From assembly GCA_951406725.2 (NCBI GenBank), contig CATOCA020000001.1, forward strand, positions 1,426,001 through 1,490,000: a stretch of 64,000 bases of DNA. The letters are read 5' to 3'. Positions 42,739 through 55,829 of this stretch are shown here, one piece after another (position 1 is the first letter of the stretch; each line of letters begins with the position of its first letter). The position numbers and the translations under genes are program-made. The notes below the pieces were generated by a model. It searched no databases, was not told the origin of the DNA, and saw only the letters and a program-made list of their open reading frames with translations. Origin of the DNA: Octopus vulgaris (taxonomy: Eukaryota).

Positions 42739-45398
42739 GGGGGAGTCGTGCGATGGCTTCCTCGTTGATCTGGGCTGGTCGGTTGAGCACGATGTTGAAA
42801 TGCTCCGCCAATCTCTCCAGGATCAGCCTCTTGTTAGTCAGGAGTGAGGTTCCATCCGAGCTGAGCAGGGGGGTTGATCCAAAGGAGAACTGCGGTCCAT
42901 AGATAGCTTTCAGCGCCTCGTAGAATTTCTTGGTGTCGTGTTTGTCTGCGTATCCCTGAATCTCATCCGCCTTGGCGCTTAACCATGCGTCTTGCATGAG
43001 GCGGAGTTTAGCCTGGACTGTGCTGCGAATGTTGTTGAAAGCAGCCTTCTTTGCCGTGCAGGTGGTGTCATTTTGGTGAGCCCGCAGCAGACGGCGTTTC
43101 TCTTCCAGGAGCTTTTGGATTTCCTGGTCGTTTTCGTCGAACCAGTCCTGGTGGTTCCTCGTAACTTGGCCCAGAGTTTCAAGGGCGATGGAATGAACCG
43201 TGTCCCTGAATGATTCCCACTGCTCATCGATGCTGGACTGGTCATTCCGAATGTCCAACAGCTTGCTGTCCATACGTGACTGGAGATCTTGTGCAGTCAG
43301 CTGGTTCTTTAATTTCGTGATGTTAAGCCTCCTCGTCACTTTCTGACCCTGTGGTCTTCTCTTAGGTCGGATGTAGAAATCCATCCTGGAGATGATGAGG
43401 CGATGGTCCATCCAGCAGTCAGCTCCGCACATGGCTTTGACCAGTATCACGTCCCGCCTGTCTTTCGCCCTGACGATGACGTAATCTATCAGATGCCAGT
43501 GTTTGGAGCGTGGATGCATCCATGATGTATTGTTGCGTCCACATCGCACGACTCCCCCAGGTGCCGACAAACCACGAGTTGGCTGTTCCCCCTGCAGTCG
43601 AGGAAGTGAGCAGAGCCATCAAAAAAATGTCCACCGGCAAAGCTCCAGGCTCTGACGCCATCCCTGCAGAGGTGTTCAAGTCGGGCGGCCCCACCATGAT
43701 CATTCAGCTCACCAGCCTGTTCCAGTCAATGTGGGACAGGGAACAACTCCCTCAATATTTCCGGGACGCAACAATCGTCCACATTTATAAGAAAGGAGAT
43801 CGGCAGTCCTGCGACAACCACCGAGGTATCTCCCTCTTGTCCATAGCAGGCAAGATCCTGGCCCGAGTCCTGCTTGACCGCCTTCTGGAACACTTGGAGC
43901 AAGGCCTTCTCCCTGAGAGCCAGTGTGGCTTCCGCGCGGGTCGAGGGACCACTGACATGATATTCGCCGCCCGCCAGCTCCAGGAGAAATGCATGGAGCA
44001 GCACCTTGACCTCTGCATGACCTTTGTTGACCTCACCAGGGCTTTTGATACAGTCAGTCGGGAGGGTCTATGGAAGGTCATGGGAAAATTTGGTTGCCCC
44101 AGCAAATTTATTGCAATTGTCCGCCAGTTCCACGACGGAATGACAGCCAGAGTCCTTGAAGACGGCAACTCATCTGAAGCCTTCCAGGTGACCAACGGAG
44201 TCAGGCAGGGCTGTGTCCTGGCCCCAACACTGTTCAGCATCATGTTCTCGGCAATGCTGTCCGACGCCTTTAGGGACTGCAAGTCCGGTATCGACATCAA
44301 GTACAGGACAGACGGGAAACTTTTCAACTCCAGAAGATTGCAGGCTGTCACAAAGGTGAGGGAGACAGTCGTCAGAGACTTTCTCTTTGCTGACGACTGC
44401 GCCCTTAATGCAATCGATGAGCAGGAGATGCAGCTCGAGGTGGACAGGTTCTCATCAGCCTGTGACAACTTCGGTCTCACCATCAGTGCCAAGAAAACCG
44501 AAGTGATGTTTCAGCCAGACCCCGGCAAACAATACCATGAGCCTCAGATAAGGGTGAACGGACGGATCCTACGAACGGTGGAAAACTTCACCTACCTGAG
44601 CAGCACTCTCTCCTGCAATGCCAACATAGATGCTGAAACCATTAACAGAATCTCCAAGGCAAGCAGCGCGTTTGGGAGACTGCGAAAGAAAGTCTGGGAG
44701 CGGAGAGGAATCAGCCTCAACACCAAGCTGAAAGTCTACCGGGCAGTCGTGCTTACCACCCTACCATACGGCTGCGAGACGTGGACTGCTTACCGAAGGC
44801 ACGAGCGCCAGATAAACCACTTCCATCTCAGGTGTCTTCGGAACCTCCTTCACATCCGCTGGCAGGACAAAGTCCCAGACACGGAAGCTCTGAAGCAGGC
44901 AGATCTCCCTAGCACCATCACAATCATGCGCAAGGCCCAGCTGAGATGGGCGGGCCACGTCTCCCGCATGTCCGACACTCGCATCCCAAAACAGCTCTTC
45001 TACGGTGAACTCAGCCAGGGCAAACGCAAAGTCGGAGGGCAGAAGAAGCGCTACAAGGACAGTCTCAAGGTCTCTCTCAAAGACTTCTCCATCGGCACAG
45101 AGACCTGGGAGATACTTGCTGCCGACCGCTCATCCTGGCGTAGCGCAATCACCGTAGGAGCAGGGACAGCCGAGGAGGGACGGATTCGGTCAGCAGAGCA
45201 GAAACGCCAGATGCGGAAAGCCAGCGCCGCCTGCACCAGTAGCACGGCCCCTACCCACTTCTGCCCCACCTGTGGGAGGGGCTTCTTTGCCCGGATTGGC
45301 CTCACCAGCCACCTCCGGTCTCATGGCGGCAGTTCCATCAGATGATGTCAGTGGTCATCTTCGAACCGAAGGACGAACATTATTATTATTATTATTAT
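42739..45398 (+). mobile_element. Young RTE-clade LINE with inverted 5' segment (42739-43541 on -, 43542-45398 on +)
   Basis: Minus part: WMHPRSKHWHLIDYVIVR...DHRL endonuclease end and linker. Plus part: open ~600 codons with QCGFR, FVDL..AFD, GVRQG, FADD and C2H2 finger CPTCGRGF...HLRSH; (TAT)n tail. Confidence 0.96.
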
Positions 45399-45540
45399 GT
45401 ATGTGGGTATGTGTGTACGTACTTATGTATGTTTGTACGTACGAGGGTGCGTCAAAAAGTAATGCCATTTTGTTTATGAAAGGTATAAATATGTATGTAT
45501 GTATTTATATATGTATGTATGTATGTAAATATGTTTGTAT

Positions 45541-45822
45541 GTCGTAAGGTTGTGAGTTCGATTCCCGGCGACGCGTTGTGTCCTTGAGCAAGACACTTTA
45601 TTTCACGTTGCTCCAGTCCACTCAGCTGGCAAAAATGAGTTGTACTTGTATTTCAAAGGGTCAGCCTTGTCACTCTCTGTGTCACGCTGATTATCCCCGA
45701 GAACTACGTTAAGGGTACACGTGTCTGTGGAATGCTCAGCCATTTGCACGTTAATTTCACGAGCTAGCTGTTCCGTTGATCGTATCAGCTGGGACCCTCG
45801 TCGTCGTAACCGGCGGAGTCTT
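45541..45822 (+). mobile_element. SINE family C (CORE-like central motif), 5' clipped
   Basis: GAGTTCGATTCC B box followed by TGTGTCCTTGAGCAAGACACTT; A-run tail. Confidence 0.7.
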
Positions 45823-46062
45823 TAAAAAAAAATATATTTATGTACTTATGCATGTATGCATAATTGAATGTATATATGAATGTATGTATGTATGAATATA
45901 TTTATGGATGTAAGAATGTATGCATGTGTGAATTTATGTACATACACACTCATAGGTACGTACGTACATATACATGTACATAAAAACATACATGCACACA
46001 TAGATATTTATACACATATATATATGTACACAGATATCTATATACGTACACGCATGTTCGTA

Positions 46063-46560
46063 CGAGGGTGCGTCAAAAAGTAATGCCATTTTGTTTAGGA
46101 AAGGTATAATTATCAACACAGGAACATGTATCATACATCAAAATGAATCTTGGCCCCAGTGGATCACATCCCTACTCTTTAATATAGTTACCGTTTCTCT
46201 CAAAAGCAATGTTCCTTCTTCGGAGGAGAGCATGTATTCCTGCCCTGTAAAATTCTGTTGAATGTTCTTTGAGCCACTTCTTCACCACAGTTCTTACTTC
46301 CTCGTCACTGGTATAATGTTTGCCTCTCAAATCCTCTTTTGTTGCGCCGAAGAGATTATAGTCTGAGGTGGTAAATCTGGTGAGTGTGGAGGTAATGAAG
46401 AAATGGCTCAAAGAACATTCAATCGAATTTCACGGGGCGGGGATACATGCTCTCATTCGAAGGTAGACCATTGCTTTTGAGAGAAACGGCAACTATGTTG
46501 TGGAAAAGGGATGTGATCCACTGAGGACCAGCTTCATTTTGATGAATGATACATGTTCAT
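46063..46560. mobile_element. Mariner 3'-end derivative, copy 2, foldback form
   Basis: Minus-strand mariner C-terminus 46172-46411, plus an inverted diverged copy at ~46395-46560. Confidence 0.85.
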
Positions 46561-46572
46561 GGACGGCCATCA

Positions 46573-46615
<43 letters not shown>

Positions 46616-46644
46616 ATGTATGTATGTATGTATGTATGTATGCA

Positions 46645-47145
46645 TGTCGCTCTTGAGTGCTACTGGGAACATGTAGCCCAGTACATCCTGTTTCATGATC
46701 GGGTCGGCGGCGACTAAACCGGCAACCCCACCAGGCTTGCTTAGTGACGAGGATGTTGTTGGACACTCTGCTGGATGCAAAATAAGACTCGTGAAATGGC
46801 GCATGTACTCATGAACTGTCAATTTCTTTATTAACCATATAAGGTAAAGAAAATGGGGTGATGATGCAAGGAGAGACAAAACAAATATTGGGGTGAAGGG
46901 ATCGAATGATCCCCTGACGAACTTATGAAGTTTGCAAATCCAACGGAGGCCTAAAGCGATATTTTAAGACCTACAAACAGCAGAATTTATCTTCAGCTCT
47001 TCGTGGCCCCAGGTTCGAGGATCAATCTATGTGGGTGTCTTTTCAGAATATTCTTTCTTTTGAAAAGCCACATCGGGCGCCATAATGGTGCTACGGTGTC
47101 GGTAAGGAGGTGGTCAAACTCTGTATAAGGAGTAGACAACCACCA
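46645..47145 (-). mobile_element. ~500-bp TG...CA bounded repeat, putative solo LTR
   Basis: Full second copy at 49453-49952, partial copies at 41292-41456 and 49172-49360. Minus-strand AATAAA at 46827-46832; flanked by TATG repeats. Confidence 0.5.
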
Positions 47146-47236
47146 TGTATGTATGTATGTATGTATGTATGTATGTATGTATGTATGTATGTATGTATGT
47201 ATGTATGTATGTATGTATGCATGTATGTTTGTATTA

Positions 47237-47610
47237 CTATTTTACTATTTTACTTGTTTCAGTCATTTGACTGCGGCCATGCTGGAGCACCGCCTTTAAT
47301 CGAGCAACTCGACCCCGAGACTTATTCTTTTTGTAAGTCCAGTACTTATTCTATCGGTCTCTTTTGCCGAACCGCTAAGTATCGGGGACACAAACACACC
47401 AGCATCGGTTGTCAAGCAATGCTAGGGGGACAAACACAGACACACAAACACACACACACATATACATATGTACATATATACGACGGGCTTCTTTTCAGTT
47501 TCCGTCTACCAAATCCACTCACAAAGCTTTCGTCGGCTATAGCAGAAGACATTTGCCCAAGATGCCACGCAGTGGGACTGAACCCGGAACCACACAGCCA
47601 CTCCTGCGCC
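47237..47610 (-). mobile_element. SINE family A
   Basis: Matches the other copies, with small deletions. Confidence 0.9.
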
Positions 47611-48399
47611 TATGTGAGTATGTATGTATGTATGTATTTATGTATATATATATGTTTGTATGTATATATGTATGTATGTAAATATATATTTATGCATGTA
47701 TGCGTAAGTGAATTTATATGTAAATGTGTGTATGTATTTATGCATGTAAGAATGTATGTATGTATGTACGAATTTATATAAATACACACATACATAGGTA
47801 CATACGTACATATACATGCACATAAAACATACATACACACATGCATATATATATATATATATACGTACACAGATATCTATATACGTACACGCATAGATAC
47901 ATATACAAATATAAACATACATAAGCACATTCACACATACATACACACTCACATGTATGTATGTGTGAATGTATGTTTTTATGTATGTGAGTATGTATGT
48001 ATGTATGTATATATATTTTTATATATGTATGTAAGTATGTCTGTATGCAGTTTTGGAAAACGGAATTCAATGACTCAAACAATTGAAAAGAACATAAATA
48101 TGTGACTGTATAAACGTATATGTGTGAATGTATGTATATACGTATGTGAGTATGTATGTGTGTATGAATGTGTGTATGTATGTATGTATGTATGTGTGTG
48201 TGTATGCATGTATGTATGTGTGAATGTATGTGTGCCCGTATGCATGTATACATATATGTAATTGATTGTGTGTGCATGTATGTATGCATATAAATATATA
48301 TATGTATGCATGCATAAATGTATGTGTGTATGCATGCAGGTATATATGTGTGTATTCAACCACCATGTATGTAGGTGTGTATGCATGCATGTATGTATG

Positions 48400-48431
<32 letters not shown>

Positions 48432-48761
48432 CATGTATGTATGTATGTATGCATGTATGTATGTATGTATGCATGTGTGTATGCACGTATGGGTGAATGT
48501 GTGTATGAAGATATTTATGTATTCATGTGTGTATGTATGTTTGTATATACGTTTGTGTGCATGTATGTATTTGTGTATGTATGTAAGTGTGTGTATATAC
48601 ATCTATTTGTGTATGTATGTGTGTTTGTATGCATGTATGTATATGTGTATGTGTGTATGTACGTATGTATGTATGTTGATATGTATGTTTGTATGTATGA
48701 GTGTATGTATATTTGTATGTATGTGTGTATGTGTGTACGTACTTATGTATGTATGTATGTG

Positions 48762-49171
48762 CGAGGGGTTGTCAAAAAGTAATGCCATTTTGTTTAGGAA
48801 AGGTAGAATTACCAACACAGGAACATGTATCATACATCAAAATGAATCTTGGCCCCAGTGGATCACATCCCTACTCTTTAATATATTTACCGTTTCTCTC
48901 AAAATCAATGTTCCTTCTTCGGAGGAGAGCATGTATTCCTGCCCTGTAAAATTCTGTTGAATGTTCTTTGAGCCACTTCTTCACCACAGTGCATACTTCC
49001 TCGTCACTGGTATAATGTTTGCCTCTTAAACCCTCTTTCGTTGCGCCGAAGAGATTATGGTCTGAAATGCTAAATCTGATGTGTGTGGATGTAGTGAAGA
49101 AATGGCTCAAAGAACAGTCAACAGAGTTTCACGGGGCTGGGATACATGCTCTCATACGAAGGTGGAACAAG
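48762..49171 (-). mobile_element. Mariner 3'-end derivative, copy 3
   Basis: ORF 48871-49110 is homologous to 40989-41228. Confidence 0.85.
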
Positions 49172-49452
49172 CAACATTTTAAGACCTACAAACAGCAAAA
49201 TTTTTTCTTCAGCTCTTCGTGGGCCAGATTGGAGGTGCAGTATATGTGGGTGACTTTTCAGAATATTCATTCCTTTAAAAAGCCACATCAAGCACCATAA
49301 TGGTGCTACGGTGTCGGTAAGGAGGTGGTCAAACTCTGTATAAGGAGTAGACAACCACCATGCATGTATGTATGTATGTATGTATGTATGTATGTATGTA
49401 TGTATGTATGTATGTATGTATGTATGTATGTATGTATGTATGTATGTATGTA

Positions 49453-49952
49453 TGTCGCTCTTGAGTTCTACTGGGAACATGTAACCCTGTACAGCCCGTA
49501 TCATGGTCGGGTCGTCGGCGACTAAACCGGCAACCCCACCAGGATTGCTTAGTTACGAGGGTGTTGTTGGACACTGCTGGATGAAAAATAAGACTCGTGA
49601 AATGGCGCATGTACTTCTGAACTGTCAATTTCTTTATTAACCATATAAGGTAGAGAAAATGGGGTGATGATGCAAGGAGAGACAAAACAAATATTGGGGT
49701 GAAGGGATCGAATGATCCCCTGACGAACTTATGAAGTTTGCAAATCCAACGTAGGCCTCAAGAAACAGTTTTAGACCTATAAACAGCAGAATATATCTGC
49801 AGGTCTTGGTTAGGGTTCAATTGGAGTATCAATCTATGTGGGTGTCTTTTCAGAATATTCTTTCTTTTAAAATGCCACATCGGGCGCCACAATGGTGCTA
49901 CGGTGTCGGTAAGGAGGTGGTCAACCTCTGTATAAGGAGTAGACAACCACCA
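49453..49952 (-). mobile_element. Second full copy of the putative solo LTR
   Basis: Colinear with 46645-47145. Confidence 0.5.
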
Positions 49953-50383
49953 TGTATGTATGTATGTATGTATGTATGTATGTATGTATGTATGTATGTA
50001 TGTATGTATGTATGTATGTATGTATGTATGTATGTATGCATGTATGTATGTATATATGTATGTAGTATGTATTTATGTATGTATTTATGTATGTAATGTA
50101 TGTATGTATGTATGCAGTTATGTATGTATATATGTATGTATATATGTATATATGTATGTATCTATGTATGTAAATATATTTGTATGTATGTATTTATGTA
50201 TTTATGCATGTATGCATAATTGAATGTATATATGAATGTATGTATGAATGTATGAATGTATTTATGGATGTAAGAATGTAAGCATGTATGAATTTATGTA
50301 CATACACACATACATAGCTACATACGTACATATAGATGTACATAAAAACATACATACACACATAGATATATATACATATATAT

Positions 50384-51346
50384 AGTAGCGCAGGGCCTGG
50401 AACTTACCTGCATTAAACTGCATGTTGTTGTCCTACAGGTGGGCTGAGGACAACAACATGCAGTTTAATGCAGGTAAGTTCCAGGCCCTGCGCTACTGGC
50501 ACACAAAGGTAAATGACGTGAAGACTGGATACACTGGCCCAGGAAGAATTGCAATCCCTGAGTCAAAATCAGTGCGTGACCTGGGCATTGACATGAGCAA
50601 TGATGCATCTTTCCAAATGCATATTGCTAATCTGGTGATAAAATGCAGACGGCTAGCTGGATGGATTCTCCGAACTTTCAGAACAAGAGAGAAGGAGACA
50701 CTGATGGTCCTATGGAAAACATTTGTCCTCAGCCGCTTGGACTACTGCTCCCAACTTTGGTCACCACACAATATAAAACAAACAGCAGAACTCGAAGCAA
50801 CTCAGAGAAGCTACACAAAGAAAATCGTCTCAATGCAAAATGTCAGCTACTGGGAAAGACTGAAGGTATTAAACCTCTTCTCCCTGGAGCGGAGGCGGGA
50901 GAGATATGCAGTGATATACATCTGGAAAATCCTGGAGGGTCTTGTCCCAAACTTTGGCATTCAAAGTTACTCCAACCGCAGAACGGGCGCCGCTGCGTGG
51001 TGCCAAGGATTCCAACATCACCATCAAAATACAGGTCCAGATACTGCAACAGCTTGGGTTTCAGAGGACCACAGCTCTTTAACATCCTCCCTAAATGCCT
51101 GAGAGACTTACATGGTGTGGATGTGGGTTTCTTTAAAACTAAACTGGATCTCTTCTTGTTGGGAGTCCCAGATGAACCTACCTCACGACAGGAGACACGG
51201 ATGCGGGCAGCAGCATCGAACTCCCTTGTTGATCAAGTGCCACGTATCAGAGGTGGATTCACAAACTAGTGTAGCTCATTCAGCGGTGGTGCCCCAGCAT
51301 GGCCGCGGCCTTCGGGCTAAAACATTTTTAAGGATTTAAGGATTTA
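50384..51346 (+). mobile_element. 5'-truncated CR1-type LINE (related to 1030-2515) with a 51-bp inverted 5' duplication
   Basis: ORFs 50422-51102 and 50643-51269 are homologous to 1219-1923; tail (AAGGATTT)2. Confidence 0.93.
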
Positions 51347-51654
51347 TATATATATATATGTACACAGATATCTATATATGTACACGCATAGGTATATATA
51401 CACATACATGCATACAAAAGTACATTCACACGTACATACACACATACACATGTATGTATGTGTGTATGTATGTAATGTGTGTGTGTGTGTATGTGTATAG
51501 GTTTGTATGTGTATGTATGTCTGTATGCATGTATGTGAGTATGTGTGTATGTATGTATATATGATTTTATACATGTATGTATGTATGTATATATGTAGGT
51601 ATGTATGAGTGTCTATGCATGTATGTGTGTATGTGTGTATGTGTGTATTTGAAA

Positions 51655-52260
51655 AATCGATTTGCCCGTTAAAGAACATTTGAAATGGAGTCCAGCAGAT
51701 TGGACGAATGTGTTGTGGTCGGACGAATCAAAGTTCAACTTGTTCGGCAGAGATGGCAGGAAGTATGTAAGAAGGCGTATAGGCGAAGAATTCCATCCAA
51801 AATGCATCCAACCTTCAATTAGGCACTCTGGCGGAATGTGATGATGTAAGTGTGTATGTCTGGAAAAGACGTCAGTTCTATAATCCGAATGGATACTAAG
51901 TCCTATGTAGAAATATTGAATAATACTATGCTTCCATACACCCGAAAGCATTTGGACTTTCCAGCATGACAACCACCCGAATGTCACCTCGTACCAAGTC
52001 AGAAATTAGATTATACCTAAGAGATTTCGGTTGATATAGTGACTTACGCCGTCGCCCGAGCTGAAACCCATCGAAAATCCTTGAGAATGGTTGGGTAGAG
52101 CTGTGAAAAGTATTAAGACAAAGAATAAGGAGAATTTTTTATAAACATTTTTAGCCGAAAGTGGGAAAACATCTCCACAACAGTGATAAATGATCTGAAC
52201 ATTTCTACGTTTCGCAGATGCAAAGCTGTATTAAGTAATTTTGGGTTCCCAAAATACTGA
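51655..52260 (+). mobile_element. Tc1-like transposase DDE-domain remnant
   Basis: Manual translation: W.NVLWSDESKFNLFGRDGRKYVRR...FQHDNHP...SPELKPIEN, with stops and frameshifts. Confidence 0.88.
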
Positions 52261-55200
52261 CTCTGTGATTTTATTGCTTTTTAGGAATTTCAGAATGAAT
52301 TTTAAGAGCAAAAAAAAAAACAACAAAATATGAAATGTTACCTGTTGTCCTTAAGTTAAATGGTACTCTAAATTATGATAATTAAGATTTCTTTTTAATC
52401 TAAAATTAACATATTGATGTTACGCTGTAAAGCTGTATACCCTATTAAAGCTCGTAAGAGTTTCTTTATTTAGATATACAAATTAATTCACAATTTACAA
52501 GTTGAATATATATATATATATATAAAATGACTTTTGAACATTGGTAAATTAGGGTTCTTAAGTTCGATGACGCCACTGCAATTGTTTGGAAAATGAGGAT
52601 TTAGTGTCAAAACGGAAAGAAGGATGTAAAAAGAGAACAAAGGGAAACTGTTCTGCAGCTGTATATAGATGAGAGATTACTAATCAAGGACAGAGCAATC
52701 AAAAATACTTTAGTTTTTGAGTGCTTAAATTAGCGGAAGTCGTATAGATTCTCAAACAGCTCGCTCTAGGTGTGTGTCTGGAGTGAATTAGGAGATAAAG
52801 TTTTGGAAAACGCAATTCAATGACTCAAACAATTGAAAAGAACATAAATATGTGACTGTATAAACATGTAAGATTTTACGTATGCATATATATATATATA
52901 TATGCATGCATGTATATATGTATGTGTGTTGGTGTCTAAGTATGCTTGTATGTTTGTGTGTATGAACCTATGTATGTATGGATTTACGGGTGTAGGTATG
53001 TGTGTAAGTATGTACTGTATGTATGTATGTACACATCCATGCATGTATATGTTTGTATGCAACAAGTATGTGTGTAGGTTTGTAATGTATGCATGCATGT
53101 ATATATGTATGTATGTGTGTATGTATATATAGATATGCTCGCATGCATGCAAGTAGCTTCGTATATATATATGTGTGTTTCTACGCGTGTATGTACGTAC
53201 GTATGCATGCATGTATGTGCGTGTACTGATGTATGTAGTTATGTAAGTATGTATGTGTGCATATGTACATATTCCATGCGTGTATGTATATAGGTATAGA
53301 TGCATACTTGCGTATTTATTTGCATGCGCATGTAAGTATATGTGTATGTATATATGGGTGCATGCGTGTATGTGTGTGTGCATGTATGTTATGTGTGTAA
53401 GTTCACAGGTTTGTTTGTCTGCATACATGTGTACGCATAGATGCATAAATACATACACACATACATATATACACATATACACATACATATATACATACAT
53501 AAATATATACATACATACATACTTAAATATATACAAAGATACAAAAACGCATACATACATATGAATGTGGATATGTATGTATATATGTATGTATATCTGT
53601 ATGGATGCGTGTATGTTTGTGTGTATGTGCGTGTCTATGTGTGTTTGTACGTATGTGATTAAGTATGGAATTATGTATGTGTGTATGTACACACATGTGT
53701 ATGTATATGTATGTTTATATGTGTGTATGCATGTGTGTATGTATGTATTTAGGTATGTGCATTTGTATGTCTGTATGAATGTATGTGTGTGTATGTGCGA
53801 ATGTGGGTGTATGTAAGTATGTGTGTGTGTATATCAGTATGCATGTGTGTATGAATGTATGCGTATATGTGTGTATATATGTGTCTAAGTATGTGTGTAT
53901 GTATGTGACTATATATGTGTGTATGTATGTATGTACGGATGTGTATATGTCTGCGGGCATATGTGTATGTATGTATGTGTGTATGTATGTGTGCATGTAT
54001 ATATGTATGTATGCGTGTATGTATGTAATTATATATGCATGTATATGTGTCTATGTGTGTTCATGTATATATGTATGTGTGCATGCATGTTTGTGTGCAT
54101 AGAGGTATGTATGTACTTATATATGCATGTATATGTGTATATATGTGTCTATGTGTGTCTATGTATATATGTATGTGTGCATGCATGTTTGTGTGCATAG
54201 AGGTATGTATGTATGTAGGTGTGTATAATGTTTGTGTGTGTCTATGTGTGTTAAATACATATTTACACATATACATACCTAATACAATCATACGCAGATA
54301 CACATATACATACATATTCACATACATGCATTCATGCACACATACACGCATACATAGATATCCAAACACTCAAATACATGCACACATATATGTACGTGAA
54401 TATGTATGTATGTGTGCAAGCATGTGTGTATGTATGCATGTATATATATATGTGTATGTTTTTGTGTATGTTTTTAAGTAGGTATGCATGTATGTATGTG
54501 CTTTTTTGTATATATGTTTGTGCGTATGAGTGTATGTGTATATTAGTGTATGTATGCCTGTTATATATATGTGTATATGTATATACCTATATATGGGTAT
54601 GTGTATGAATGTGTGTATGTATGTGTGTATGTATGTATGTATGTATGTATGTATGAATATGTGTACGTTGTATGTGTGTATGTATGTGTGCATGTATATA
54701 TGTATGTATGTGTGTATGCATGTATTTATATAAGCATGTGTATGTGTATATATGTGTCTGTGTGTGTATTTGTTGTGCCTTTGTTAGGGCATCCTTTTAG
54801 GAGAAGGTAACTCAGGTAACTGGGATAACTCCGACATAAAACCTGCGGCTCAGTGGTTACCGATGATGTTGACTTGCTCTTCTTTTCGGATTATGGCTGC
54901 TGTTGCTTAGTGAGTGGGATTGACTCAGTGCACAGCCTTTCCTTACTTTGAAAAAACGTCTTGCACAGGCATTGCACGATAACAACATTGATTAAGCTTT
55001 TGCGCAATGGCCATACTCGATAACGAGGGGGCAGCCACAATGTATGTATGTGCGTATGGTTGTGGGTATGTATGAATGTTTGTACATACATACACACATG
55101 CATAGATACACCCATACATTTATACATACGTACACATACATATGTTCGTAAAAAATTCATACATACACACATGTATATATGTATATCTATATATGTATGT

Positions 55201-55457
55201 ATTTTTATACGTGCGTGTGTATATATTTGTTGGCATGTATGCCCCTGTGCATGTATGTGTGTATGTATGTACGTATGTATGTATGCATGTGTGTGTATAT
55301 ATGTATGTATGTACGTATGTATGTATGCATGTGTATTTCTGTGTATATATATGTGTATGAATGTGTATATGTATCTATGCCTGTATGTATGGAGGTATGC
55401 TTGCATGTATGTATGCATTCATCTATGTCTGTATGAATCTATGACTGTATCTATGTA

Positions 55458-55524
<67 letters not shown>

Positions 55525-55829
55525 ATGCAAGCATGTATCTATGTATGTGTCCATGTATCTGTATATGTATGTATTCGTGTATGTATGAATGTATGTGGGT
55601 ATGTGTATTTGAATAAGTGTATGTACGTATGTATGTATGTGTTTATGTATGTGTGTATGTTTGTATGTATTTATGTATGTATGTATGTATGTTTATATGT
55701 ATGTATGTATGTGTGTATGTATGTGTGTATGTGTGTATGTATGTGAGTATGTGTGCAAAGCTGTATGAAGCAATTCTGAATGCCCAAAATACTGACCGTG
55801 TGATTTTATTGCTTTTTGTTGATCAGATA

